Shown one piece after another: positions 23,080 through 36,119 of a stretch of 64,000 nucleotides of DNA. How positions within the stretch are numbered: the first letter of the stretch is position 1; every line of letters begins with the position of its first letter. The notes under the pieces were generated by a model that was not told where the DNA came from, searched no databases, and worked only from the letters and a program-made list of their open reading frames with translations. The translations under genes were made by a program, and so were the position numbers. The stretch comes from Eledone cirrhosa (taxonomy: Eukaryota): assembly GCA_964016885.1 (NCBI GenBank), contig OZ024742.1, positions 95,728,001 to 95,792,000 of the forward strand, given 5' to 3'.

Positions 23080-23420
23080 TGCTCAAAGCTATACACATAT
23101 ACGTAGAGCTTGTATAAAATGAAGGAGAAACTGGGTTTAAGAGGAAACAGAAGTGCTGTGCAAGAGAGGAGACTGTGTTGGTACAGTCATGTAATAATCT
23201 TGGATCATTGCTGGTTGAAAGAATGCTAAAAAATCCCAGTAGAAGGAAGCTGCAGTAAAGGTAGACCAAGGAAGACTTGGGGGGGGGGGAGAACTGATCT
23301 TATATCACCATGACTCACAAAGAAAATGACAAAGCAACATGACCAGTGAAGAGATGGTGTACTGAAAAGGGACCCATCCAACCCATGCAAGCATGGAGAA
23401 AAGGACTTAAAATGATGATA
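23080..23420 (+). pseudogene. old RTE C-terminal and 3'-UTR fragment
   Basis: QERRLCWYSHV..GRPRKTWG.. followed by AACCCATGCAAGCATGG and a (GAT) tail. Confidence 0.65.
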
Positions 23421-23441
23421 TATATATGTGTCAGTGTGTGT

Positions 23442-23477
<36 letters not shown>

Positions 23478-24037
23478 ATGTGTATGTATTCATAAATATA
23501 TGTATTTCCTTATTAATTGTGTTTGCTTTTCCATCTTTCTTTCATTCTCCTCTCATTTCTCTCTCTCACCCCTCTCTCTCACTCTTTCTCTCTCTCTGTT
23601 ATTATATATTTTTATATACACACACTCACACATGCGAGCACACACACACACATATATATATAAAGGGAAAAAGGCAATAAAAACCTAAAGAAATCTATCA
23701 TCATCATTAAGAAGTAAAAGATGGATGAAACATGATGAAGACTAAACAGAAATTGAAATAAAATCTCTCTACAGCTATATGATTTCTTTTGATTGGATCA
23801 GGCATGGATTCGGATCCAAATCCATTTTAATCTTTTCCCTCAGTCAGGAACTAACCACATATTAGATATCTTCTTACTGTATGTACCACCATCATTTAAT
23901 AAATTCCCTCCCATCGCTCATCCACACATGATATAAAATGCAAAAATAAAAAGACCCATTTTAAGTATTTTTTTCCTAGAATATTATTTTTTATAATATT
24001 CTTTACAATTCTTACTTTTTTTTCCTTCTTTTCTGTG

Positions 24038-24106
<69 letters not shown>

Positions 24107-24529
24107 AACACATTCTTCTGTTGTCTTTCTGTTTCTCTCATCATCTTTTCATATCTTTTCATATCTTTTTCACTTCTCTTTCTTTAACATTTTTCATCTT
24201 TTTCTTGCCTTAAGAGATGACTGAAATATGTTGGCACCAGGGAATGGTATCTGGCCATAAAAACATGTCTCTAAAAGGACCCTATGATGAATATGAAGTC
24301 TGTCAGGCAGCCTCACAATACAATCTTCTGCTTAAGCAGAAATAAATGACCCTAATCTTTTCATTACTATATTTCTAATGCAAGTTTACAATGTGTTCTA
24401 ATGAATTGGGAAATAATCGAGAATTTAAAGGAATTTAGCAAAATAACTAAAGTTTGTGTTCAAATCCCACTGAGGCTAGCTTTGCCTTTCATCATTTAAT
24501 AACTATTATGCACTGAGGTCGATTTAAGT

Positions 24530-24716
24530 GAATTGGCAGTATCGATAGAGGGTTAGACGCCATGCTTTGACGCATAGAGTTACGGCTCTTGCCATTCTGA
24601 GTTCAAATCCCATCGAGGTTAACTTTGCCTTTCATCCTTATGGGGTCGATAAAATAAAGTACCAGTAATGTCCTGGGTATTTGCTGGCCTTGTGCTAATA
24701 GTAGAAACAATTATTA
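24530..24716 (+). mobile_element. SINE family A
   Basis: Full head, core and tail, ending GTAGAAACAATTATT. Confidence 0.9.
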
Positions 24717-24724
24717 ATCTGTTG

Positions 24725-26542
24725 TCGGGTTTGTGTCAGGCAAAAGTACCACAGACGCTCTTTTCATTGTACGACAACTACAGGAGAAGTACCTAGCTAA
24801 AAGTAAACCCCTATACTTAGCTTTTGTCGACTTGGAGAAAGCCTTCGACAGAGTCCCCCGTTCCATTATCTGGTGGTCTCTTAGAAAACTAGGTGTTGAC
24901 GAATGGCTTGTTAGAGCTATACAAGCCATGTATAAAGAAACAGTCAGTAAGGTTAGAATTAACAACGAATATAGTGAAGAGTTTAGCGTAAAAGTTGGTG
25001 TCCATCAGGGCTCTGTACTTAGCCCCCTACTATTTATTATTGCCCTTCAGGCTATAACAGAGGAGTTCAAGACCGGCTGCCCATGGGAACTCCTATACGC
25101 AGATGATCTAACGCTCATAGCTGAATCAATGACCGAACTAGAGAAGAAATTCCAAACGTGGAAGCACGGCCTAGAATCAAAAGGCCTTAAAATTAACCTG
25201 GCTAAGACTAAAGTTCTAGTTTGTAGGAAAGAAAATAAGGCAGCGGTCCCATCGGGGAAATGGCCAGTGTGTAGGAAAGGCGTAGGTAGAAACTCCATTT
25301 TATGTCCCAAATGCAAAGTATGGGTGCATAAAAGATGTAGTGGGATCACAGGTAAGCTAACTAAGAACATAGATTTTACATGTGGCCGGTGCTCTGGTGC
25401 AATAAGTAGCAGCAAGTGCCCACAAAATACTAGCTCCTTCAACTGCGCAGAGGGTTCTATAGAAATAGTGGACAGCTTCCGTTATCTGGGTGACAAAATC
25501 AGCAGTGGGGGAGGGTGCTCTGAAAGTACAGTAGCTAGAGTCAGAACTGGATGGAAAAAGTTCAGAGAGCTTATACCACTATTAGCCGCTAGAGGGTTCT
25601 CCCTAAAAATGAAAGGCAGGTTATACGATGCCTGCATACGAACAGCAATGCTGCATGGCAGTGAGACCTGGGCATTGTGTGCAGAGGATATACGCAGACT
25701 AGAGAGGAACGAAGCTTGCATACTCCGCTGGATGTGCAATAGTAATATACGTGAACGGCAAAGCATAAACGAACTAAGGAAAAAATTAGAAATAAGAGGG
25801 ATCAGATGTTGTTTACTCGAGAGAAGGCTACGTTGGTACGGTCACGTGATGCGCATGAAAGACGACAGCTGTATAACAAAGTGCAGGGCAATAAAGATAG
25901 ACGGTAGCCACGGAGTAGGCAGACCCAGAAAAACATGGGACGAGCTGATAAATTCCGACCTCACACGCTTACACCTCTCCAAGACAATGTCACTGGACCG
26001 AGACCTTTGGCGGTACTCAGTAATAGAGAAGACCCGCCTTACCTAAATACAAAGTAAAAACCTACTACAGTCAGTAGGCATCTCTATCAAAACACCCCCC
26101 CGCCCCACCCACACCGCCCCTTTCAATGTAAAGTTATGTTGGTCCCACAACATCCAGGCCGAAACAAATGAGATCGTGTAGGTGTCACGACAAAAAACAC
26201 ACAGTCCACGCTGTAAATGTGGCCGTGTAGGCAACACGGTAAAAACCTCCCAGCCCCACACTGTAAATGTGGTTGGTGTTAGGAAGGGCATCCAGCTGTA
26301 GAAAACCCGCCAGACAGTCCACGCTGTAATGTGGCCGTGTAGGCAACACGGTAAAAACCTCCCAGCCCCACACTGTAAATGTGGTTGGTGTTAGGAAGGG
26401 AATCCAACTGTAGAAAACCCGCCAGACAGTCCTATGCGAGCAAGACAACCACTCTTGCCTCAAGTGGGAAAACCCCCGTCCAAACCCATGCAAGCGTGGA
26501 ACACGGACGCTAAACCTGATGATGATGATGATGATGATGATG
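24725..26542 (+). mobile_element. 5'-truncated RTE subfamily A copy (RT ORF 24733-26046 open, YADD intact; duplicated 3'-UTR module)
   Basis: High identity to 13963-15290. Has LEKAFDRVPR and YADD, a 6-nt deletion removing the first PHD Cys, and a (GAT)n tail at 26517-26542. Confidence 0.95.
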
Positions 26543-27094
26543 TCTGGAAAATAATTCAACATAATATTTTAAAATAAAATTATAATTGGTGCTTTGACTA
26601 TAAATATGAATTCTTTTAAATTAGATGTTTTTTGCTCCCAAACAAGAGATGGTTTCAACTGAATTAGTGTCAAAAGGGTTAAAACATTTGATGATGTTGC
26701 CTCTTTTTCTTCATTCCTCTTGGTCTTCAATCCCCTCTATTTTTCCTCTTTGTATATCTCTTTTTATATCTGTCTGCGTCTTTCTCTTTCTCTTTCTCTC
26801 TCTCATTGTAAAAAATCTTATTTCTGAACAATATCACTCTCATAGCTAACAATCATCTGCTGGCCTGGCACCTAAATTAGAAATAACCTTGGTAAAACAT
26901 ATCAATTTAGCAGTAGTGTTTGAGGTTTCTCCAAGAATTTCCCATTTCTTTCCTCAACTCTCCCCATTTTCACACCCTTTGCTTGTCCATCAAGCATCCC
27001 ACCACAAATGCATGAGTCTCAAGACAGCTAAAACCCAAACCCACCTATTCCATAAGCAACAATACGATTATAACCACCATTATTAACATTATTG

Positions 27095-27283
27095 TCGGTG
27101 AATTTGCAGTATCGGTAGAGGGTTGGACGCCATGCTTTCTAGCATAGTTACGTCCCATACAGTCTGAGTTCAAATCCCGCCGAGGTTAACTTTGCCTTTC
27201 ATCCTTACGGGGTCGATAAAATAAAGTACCAGTAATGTACTGGGTAATTTCTGGCCTTGTGCCTAAAGTAGAAACAATTATTA
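27095..27283 (+). mobile_element. SINE family A
   Basis: Full consensus match. TATTAACATTATTGTC occurs on both sides (27081-27096 and 27279-27294), a likely target-site duplication. Confidence 0.9.
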
Positions 27284-27387
27284 ACATTATTGTCACACTC
27301 ATCACCATTATAACCATCACCACCAACAAATCCACACCTGCTATTACCACCAAATCACACTAGCATATATATATAATATATATATAA

Positions 27388-28486
27388 TCATCATCATCAT
27401 CATCATCATCAACGTTTAACGTCGGGACGGGGTGTATTTTGTTAGAGATGCCTACTGGCAAGGCGGGTCTTCTCTGTTACTGAGTACCGCCAAAGGTCTC
27501 GGTCCAGTGACATTGTCTTGGAGAGGTGTAAGTGTGTGAGGTCGGAGTTTATCAGCTCGTCCCAGGTTTTTCTAGGTCTGCCTATTTCGTGGCTACCGTC
27601 TTTCTTTATTGCCCTGCACTTTGTTATACAGCTATCGACTTTCATGCGCATCACGTGTCCATACCAACGTAGCCTTCTCTCGAGTAAACAACATCTGATC
27701 CCTCTTATCTCTAATTTTTTCCTTAGTTCGTTTATGCTTTGCCGTTCACGTATATTACTGTTACACATCCAGCGGAGTATGCAAGCTTCGTTCCTCTCTA
27801 GTCTGCGTATATCCTCTGCACACAATGCCCAGGTCTCACTGCCATGCAACATTGCTGTTCGTATGCAGGCATCGTACAACCTGCCTTTCATTTTTAGGGA
27901 GAACCCTTTAGCAGCTAATAGTGGTATAAGCTCTCTGAACTTTTTCCAACCAGTTCTGACTCTAGCTACAGTACTTTCAGAGCACCCTCCCCCACTGCTG
28001 ATTTTATCGCCCAGGTAACGGAAGCTGTCCACTATTTCTATAGAACCCTCTGCGCAATTGAAAGAGCTAGTATTTTGTGGGCACTTGCTGCTACTTATTG
28101 CACCAGAACACCGGCCACATGTAAAATCTATGTTCTTAGTTAGCTTACCTGTGATCCCACTACATCTTTTATGCACCCATACTTTGCATTTAGGACATAA
28201 AATGGAGTTTCTACCTACGCCTTTCCTACACACCGAGCACGACCATTTCCCAGAAGGGACCGCCGCCTTGTTTTCTTTCCTACAAACTAGAACTTTGGTC
28301 TTAGCCAGGTTAATTTTAAGTCCTTTTGACTCTAGGCCTTGCTTCCATGTTTGGAATTTCTTCTCTAGCTCGGCCATTGATTCCGCTATGAGTGTCAGGT
28401 CGTCTGCGTATAGGAGTTCCCATGGGCAGCCTGTCTTGAACTCCTCTGTTATAGCCTGAAGGGTAATAATAAATAGTAGGGGGCTA
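27388..28486 (-). mobile_element. 5'-truncated RTE subfamily A copy with two internal 3' deletions
   Basis: Encodes SPLLF..YADD..PHD..RRLRWYGHV. Lacks ~290 bp of 3' UTR and ~29 bp spanning the stop codon. Its 5' end is in (TA)n. Confidence 0.93.
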
Positions 28487-28488
28487 TA

Positions 28489-28550
<62 letters not shown>

Positions 28551-28664
28551 ATGTGCAAGTACATACAAACAGAAACATTCTCTGCTTAGTCAGGAATTAT
28601 CACAATACATCAGCTTTGGGGAAATGTATTCAAGTCCTTTGCTAAATAACAATAATGGCAATAT

Positions 28665-29040
28665 TGGTGGGAGATTAGCAGTATCGGTAGACCATCAGAC
28701 ACCATGCTTTGCAGCATAGAGTTATGGTCCTTTACATTCTAGGTTCAAATCCCGCCAAGGTTAGCTTTGCCTTTCATTCATATCAGGTCAATAAAATAAA
28801 GTACCAGTAATGCACTGGGTTTTATTTAATCGAATATTATTATTATTATTATTATTATTTGGCAGTATCGGTAGAGGGTCGGACGCTATGCTTTGCAGCA
28901 ACGAGTTATGGCTCTTTATGGTCTGAGTTCAAATCCCGCCGAGGTTAACTTTGCCTTTCATCCTTACGGGGTCGATAAAATAAAGTACCAGTAATGCACT
29001 GGGATAATTGCTAGCCTTGTGCCAAAAGTAGAAACAATTA
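28665..29040 (+). mobile_element. two tandem SINE family A copies separated by (TTA)n
   Basis: Copies at 28665-28830 and 28860-29040. Confidence 0.88.
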
Positions 29041-29063
29041 TTATTATTATTATTATTGTTGTT

Positions 29064-30645
29064 ATTCCTTGAATCACAGTCATTGATGTTGGTTAACTGG
29101 AAAGTCCGTTGAATTGAATATCAAGCCACTACCTGCAGCCTCAGATATTCAGGACGTATCGGAGGGTTCTTGCTGTTCCAAGCAAGCATGTCTTTTGAAG
29201 CGTTCCAAAAAGCGTGAAGGGGCCGATTTTCTTTAACCATCCCTGGAAACTTTTGGAGATAGTCCCCAGTGCGCCTATGACAATCAGGATCACTTTGACT
29301 TCACGGCAGTTCCAAATCCTTTTCACCTCCCACTTTAGGTCCTGGTATCGGTTAATTTTCTCCCTCTCCTTCTCTTGCACTCTCGTGTCGAATGGGCAGG
29401 CCACATCCACAATCAGGCACGATCTTTTTTCCTTGTCCACAACCACCAGGTCAGGTCTATTGTGTTCCAGTTTCTTGTCCGTCTGTATCCTAAAATCCCA
29501 CAGCACCTTCACCTGATCGTTTTCTATCACCGCCTCTGGCCTATGCTCATACCATTTCTCAGAATGTGGTAAATTGTTTACTTTGCACAGGTGCCAGTGG
29601 ATCACCCTGCCCATCACATCGTGTCTCCAGCCCTTATAGTGGGTCTGGGCTAGGTGTTTACACTCGGACACAATGTGAGCCACAGTCTCCTCTCTCTCTC
29701 CACAGATCCTGCACAGTGGGCTAGCCTCCTCCTTGTAAATATGGTGCTTCAACCACTTCGTTTTGAGGGCCTGCTCCTGCGCAGCCATTAGCATTCCTTC
29801 TGTAGCCTTTTTGAGGTCTCCTCTTCTCAACCAGTTCCATGTCTGTGGATCTCTAAATTCAGTTTTCTCAAAGAAGGTACTATGAAGGGATTTTCCCTTA
29901 AGGCTGCTCTTCCTCCTTGATGTTATTTCCTCCTTGGACATCCCCTGGCCTACTGTCCCGTCCTTCAGTACAGTTCTGAGCATTGGCTCCTTACTATAGG
30001 TCACGTACTTGTATAGGTTGTTTTTCTCCATCTGAACACAGTCCTCTATGCTGATAAGACCTCTTCCACCCTCAGATCTCCTTAGGTAGAGTCTATCGAC
30101 ATCACCCCTCTTGTGGAACATGTTGTAGATAGTCAATAGCTTCCTAGTCTTCCTATCCATTTCTTTTTGTTCAGCAACATTCCATCTCAGAATTCCCGCA
30201 CTGTACCTAATAATAGACACAGCTCGGGAATTTACTGCGCTTATGGCATTTCTGCTGTTCAGATGTGACTTCAATACGCTCCTTACTCTCCGAATGTATT
30301 CAGTTCTTAACAATTCCTTCATTTTTTTGTTCTTTATGCCATCAGCCTCCAGAACGCCTAAATACTTGTATCCTTCCTCAGAGTCAATTTCCTTTATCAT
30401 CTCACCTGTTGGTATCTGGATCCCGTTACTTCTGCTCAACCTACCCCTCTTCATCACAATGACTCCACATTTACCAATACCAAACTGCATACATATATCA
30501 CTGCTGAAAATACGGACAGTGTCAACAAGCACATCCAACTCCTTCTCACTTTTCCCGAAGAGCTTAAGATCGTCCATGAAGAGGAGGTGATTGATGGTAA
30601 GCTCTCCCCTTCCCAACTTGTATCCTGCTCTCACTTTTCGCAGCA
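29064..30645 (-). mobile_element. 5'-truncated R4/Dong-type non-LTR retrotransposon (RT + CCHC + restriction-like endonuclease), ORF 29141-30646 open
   Basis: Motifs NHLLFMDDLKLF, YKYLG, RLYLRRSEGGRGL, CRICGEREETVAHIVSEC, RHD and NRPD..D..EK..Y. Both ends abut (TTA)n. Confidence 0.9.
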
Positions 30646-30710
<65 letters not shown>

Positions 30711-30711
<1 letters not shown>

Positions 30712-31790
30712 GGCGACCTACGTAGGAAATAGTATTATCGTGAACTCCGCAATGGTTTGTTGTTTTGAGCTGTTTCAAATTGCCAGTAATGGAAAATTTT
30801 TGTTGTTAAGTGTTTATAAGTTCTGAAAAGGACAGTAAATAATATTGGGGCATTGAGCCCAAAATTTAAACTTTTATAATTATCAAACAAAAACTTTCTT
30901 TGAAAAAAAACATGGACGGCTCTCAGCCACACAAAGCTGACAGCCTTTCTAACAAACTAACACCTCACACCAACACCACCATTGTAAACATTACTACGGT
31001 TGCCAACACTAAAAATATAAGCAGTGGCAATAATTTAAATTTGTCACATGCAGACATTCATTTCCCGCCATTACCAATAACTGCAGTTGTTAAAGCTGCC
31101 ACCTCCACCACCACCACAGCGACAACAGAAACAAACAAAAAATAAATTATCTCGTGACATCGAAATGGATTCACCCAGAATCGACTCTTCCACGCCAAAC
31201 ACCACTGACGATACACACTACACAGCATTAAATTTGAACAACAACCAATTATTACACTATCCAACACAACACCAGCATCACAGTAAAAGAGTACACAACA
31301 CCCCAACAATTCACACCACCTCCACACATACAAATCACTCGCATCACACAGAAAACGTACACAACACTAAAACAAAAATTCCCCAAGGACATCGGAGACT
31401 TCCGACAAACACTCTTCAGAAGGATTTATAAGGACATCCTTCCAGAGGAAGCCACAAGCAGTGAGAAAGATGGAGAAACCATCCTTCCTCTACAAGAAGT
31501 GAGGTAAGTGTCTTTCCCATCTTTTTCCACTCCTTTTCAACATGACCTCACTCAGAATAGGCAGCATAAATACGCGTGGCCTGGGGGCGTCAAGGAAGCA
31601 GGGCCACCTGCTCAACAACCTCAGGTCACTAAACATAGATGTGGTGGCCATCAGCGAGACCAGAATCTCTGAAGCACGAGCCTTTGCACATAACTTCGGC
31701 GGCTATGATGTGTATGCATCTCCCAGCCGTCCTGGATCAGGGGGCGGAGTTGCTGTGCTTTTTCGGAGAGGTTTGGATCTCGCCATACGA
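30711..31790 (+). mobile_element. L1/Tx1-like LINE 5' part: degenerate low-complexity ORF1 remnant + ORF2 APE N-terminus (31542-~31790)
   Basis: MTSLRIGSINTRGL..DVVAISETR..SGGGVAVLF is an L1/Tx1-type APE start. The fragment begins at the end of a (TTA)n tract and is truncated by a SINE. Confidence 0.7.
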
Positions 31791-31792
31791 AA

Positions 31793-32625
31793 GGGCCATA
31801 ACTCTTTGCTGCAAAGCATGGCATCTGACCCTCTACCGATACTGCCAATCCACTGCCCTTGATGATGAAGGATAATAATAATAACTTTGATACTAAGAAA
31901 TAATATTTTTTTTCTAATTAGGTACAAGGTGTCAGTTAATTTAAAGAGTAACAGGAAAGTCCATTGTATCAAGCCCAACTAACATGTTATTTTATCAACC
32001 CTGAAAGGATGAAGGGTAAGGTTGACCTTGGCAAGATTTAAACTCAGAACATACACCACTAAAATAAATACCACAAAGCATGTTATGCGACATGTTAACA
32101 CTTCTGCCAATTCCGTATCCTTTATAATAATAATATTGATTTCTACTATAGGCACAAGACCAGCAATTTGGGGGGGAGTGGAAAGTCGATTAAATTGACC
32201 CCACTGCGTTTCTGGTGCTTTATTCTTCGACCCTGTAAAGATGAAAGGCAAAGCTAACCTCAGCAAGATTTAAACTTAGAACGCAAAGGGCCGTAACTCT
32301 GTGTCACACAACAGGATGTTTGACACTCTACCAATTCTGCCAATCCACCACCCTTATGATAATAATAATAATAATGATGAGGGTGATAATAATAATATTA
32401 ATAGTAATAATTGTTTCTCATATAGGCACAAGGCCAACAATATGGGGGAGGGGAAAGTCGATTAAATCGACCCCAGTGCGTGACTGGTACTTTATTTTAT
32501 CGACCCTGTAAGGATGAAAGGCAAAGTTAACCTCGGCGGGATTTGATCTCAGAGCATAGGACCGTAACTCTATGCTGCAAAGCATGGCGTCCGACCCTCT
32601 ACCGATACTGCCAATCCACCACCCT
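31793..32625 (-). mobile_element. cluster of four SINE family A copies or fragments separated by (TAA)n
   Basis: Copies at ~31793-31860, 31900-32120, 32135-32350 and 32408-32625. Confidence 0.85.
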
Positions 32626-33697
32626 AATAATAATAATAATGATAATAATAATAACAATAATAAGAAGAAGAATAAGAAGAAGAAAAAGAAGAAGACCTTC
32701 CAGGACAACAATAGAGAGAACAAGGAGACTGAAGAAGATGAACTTCAATAACAAAAATATCAACAATAGCAAGAGAAATAGGAGGCACAAGAAAAAAAAA
32801 AAAATTAGCAGCCTGAAGAACAACAATGAGGAGAAGGAAGACAAGGAGATATAAAACATCATATAATATAACCAATATATAACTTCACTGCGTGCTCAAA
32901 CAAAAGTATTTCACTGAATAAAAATGTCTAATGAAATTAGTTTGATGAAATCTTACTGTCTACAGTGGTTATAGATAAGGGATGTGAGAAGAAAACATTG
33001 ACAGGGTTGTACTGGCTGCTTTTGTTTATATTTATAAATATATGTGTGTGTGTGTGTATATATATTATATATGTGCATGTGTTTCTGCATGAATTTGTAA
33101 ATATATATAGATTTGTTATATATATATATAATCATAATTTCATTATTATTGTTTAATGTCCATTTTCCATGCTAACCCATGCAAGCATGAAAAGATGGAC
33201 ATACAATGTGTGTGTGTGTGTGTGTGTCTTTGGTGCAAGAATAGCTCTGAATTTAAGAAGTTTGTTTCAAAACCACTTGCTCTAGTTTCAATTCCACCAT
33301 ATATGACTTCATATTGACACAATTGAACATTTCACTGAACAATATGTCCCACAGCATATTGGACAATGAATGTGAGCAGTCTATAAAAATAAAGTATGGA
33401 TTGACACCAAGAAAGGCATCTAGCCATAGAAAAACTGTCTGAAACAGCTTCCTTCAACACCAGCAAACATACAAGAGAAATATGGCCCTACATTTGATGA
33501 TGATAATACAGTACATCTGATTTTAATGGTGTACAATTTATTATAAAATGTGTTAAAAATATTTATCCCACTTTTACAACCTGGTCACTAATATAATTCC
33601 ACTGCATTCTTCCTCAGTTATAATATCACATGAGTATGACAAAATTGTTTGACACTTCATATTATAGTAAGGTCGCTTTTGATTAGAAGATGGATTA

Positions 33698-35768
33698 CAC
33701 TTTGTTCCAAAAATTATTTTTTGTAAGTCGTCTAAGTTTTTTCAGCTGATTTAGGACAATTTTGCCCTGCTGAATCCAGATATGACCTCTGTTTCTCTCG
33801 ACCAGGGCAGGTTTTTTGTGCTAAGTCTATTAAAAAATAAATCTGATCTGCTGACTAAATCGATTACATTTTTGTGACATTTTCGGTTGAATTTTGTTAA
33901 TAATTCTCATCTGAAATAGGTTTTTAAGAGGAAAAAAATCGTTTTCTAACGCAATTCATTAATTAAATGTTCCAAAAGTTGATTAGTGTACATTGAATAG
34001 TAGATTGATAAAGGTAAGTACATGTTAATTGGATGTTAGATCATTAGTGTTCAAAATTCAGAGCTTGAACTTCCGTTTCTTCGAACACCTAGAATGCCCA
34101 GCATCCCTGATACATGGTCTCCCTTTCTTTCATGTCCTGATAGAAGTTCTCTCCCTGCTCACTGCTCATTGATCCCACATTCTCAGGAAACCGACAATAA
34201 GTAATGCATTTTGATGCTCATGTTGCATTCAAGGTTTCTGAAAGCAGTCAGCATATTGGTGACACGTTCTGCGTAGTTCCTGGCCAAGAAAGTTCTTCAC
34301 AACCAGAACAAAAGCCTGCCAGGCTTCCAGTTCCACTTCGTTCATTGAGGTTTCAAACACTGGATCTCCAATGAGCTGGCGGACTTGAGGACCATCAAAG
34401 ATGCTAGCTTTCAACTTCTCCATGGTCAATCCTGGAAAAGCATAACACAAGTAAATGAAGCAGCCACCATCCTTGTCCAGAGATTTGGTGAACTGTTTGA
34501 TCAAGCCGATCTTGATGTGCAGCAGTGGGAAGAGTATCCTGTCTGTGTCCACCAGAAGGTTGTTTACGACATTACTTGCTCTGCAAGGCACCAATTCCTC
34601 CCGTACAGGACAGTCCTTTTTCGAGCTTGGTACCAAACTCTCCCACATGCACATAAAGCAGGGTACTTGGTGAACCTGGACTGTTGTCCCAACAAAAGTT
34701 CATCTTCATGTCAACACACAACCACTCATGCTGATCATAACAAATTTTCTCCAACACTTCATACTTCACTTTCAGTGTTGTTTAGTGAGCAAGGGGTACA
34801 GAGGCAAAGTGGTTACTGCTATTCAGCATAACATATTTCAGCAACCGCTTGCTGCTGTCAATGAACAGTCTCCAATTTTCGGGTTGGGACTGTGGCACTC
34901 CAAGCTTGTGCAGAAGCTACATAATATCTGTACCAAGTTTTTCTCTTCAGAGAAAAAAAAACAGAGGTACTCTGGATGTCTTTTGCAGTAGAAGGTGATG
35001 CAAGCACTGTCAGAGAGGAGGTTTTTTTTTTCCTTCAATCTGGATGGCAACTGTTTGGCAGAGGACTTTGACAAGCTGAGATCATGAACTAGATCATTTA
35101 GCTCCTTTTGGGAAAAAGAATGTGGAGCATCATCGTCAAGAACCACTTCCTTTTCTTCATTTTCTTCAATACTGGAGGAATCTTCGTCATTAATGTCAGG
35201 AGGTTCTCCAAAGACAGGTACTGGAAATTCATCACAATGAGCTACAGGACGACGTGCTGATTCAAGATTAGGATACTTGAGGCTGCTCTGGTTCTTTTTG
35301 TTCATTTTAGTCAAATCAATAGCGCAGAAGTAGCAGTCAGTACCATGGTTTGTTGGTTTCCTCCAAACCATGGGAATTCCAAACTTCAGACAATTCTTCT
35401 TGCCCTTGGTCCAATGACGCAGATACTCAGTGCATGTCATGCATACCATGTGTGGTGCCTAAGCTTTATCGTGGTAATCATGTTTCATACCAAAATAAGC
35501 GTAGTAAGCACACTTTATGTGAACTTGTGGCTGGAATCCTGTCAGGAACAACAGTGTACTTGTCACAGTTGTGCATCTGGCTTATTTTTGCAAGATCTTC
35601 TGGCTGAATCCATTTCATTCACCAGCAAAATAAAAATACCACTTAGTCAAAAATTGGCACATGTAAAGACTTCAGAATTTGTTTATTTAAAGAAATAAGA
35701 AAGAATTTTGCAAACATACAAAAATATCATGTGGTGATACATCAAAAATATCCTAAATTAGCTAAAAT
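33698..35768 (-). mobile_element. Chapaev3-type (CMC) DNA transposon, degenerate
   Basis: CAC terminus at 33698 with subterminal GCTGAATCCAGATATGACC. A partial inverted match (AAAATATCCTAAATTAGCTAAAA) lies at ~35745-35767. Confidence 0.8.
34058..35613 (-). pseudogene. Chapaev3 transposase pseudogene (several frameshifts)
   Basis: Motifs FGIPMVWRKPTNHGTDCYFC, FSQKELNDLVHDLSLSK, LHIKIGLIKQF, IFDGPQVR and a remnant EQGE.FYQD. ATG at 35613, stop at 34058. Confidence 0.85.
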
Positions 35769-36119
35769 TTTGTTTCTTGTCCTTTCATTTAATCTACGCT
35801 TTATGTCAAACTAAACCTGTCATCTATATGTAATTTTGTAGCTATTGAATATAGAGTAGTTTGGTTTTACTATAAGTATTCATTATACATGAAAGCTAAA
35901 AGTGTAAACTGTTTTTGTTTTATTTATTTTTTTTTTTTTACTCTACTCTAGTTTGCACACTTGTATTTCTAACTTTTATTATAATTGCTTTCCTAAAATA
36001 ATGATTATCCACCTGTTTCACAATACCTCATATAAATTATATTAGTAATATAGATAAAAACCTACAGTAAGTCTTACTATTACTTTTTCAAATATTTTAT
36101 TAAGATTGTTGTTGTTAAT

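Noticed and set aside
30711-30726. TGGCGACC resembling an LTR-retrotransposon primer-binding site
   Set aside because: No LTR upstream (only a TTA tract), and the downstream sequence encodes a LINE-type AP endonuclease.
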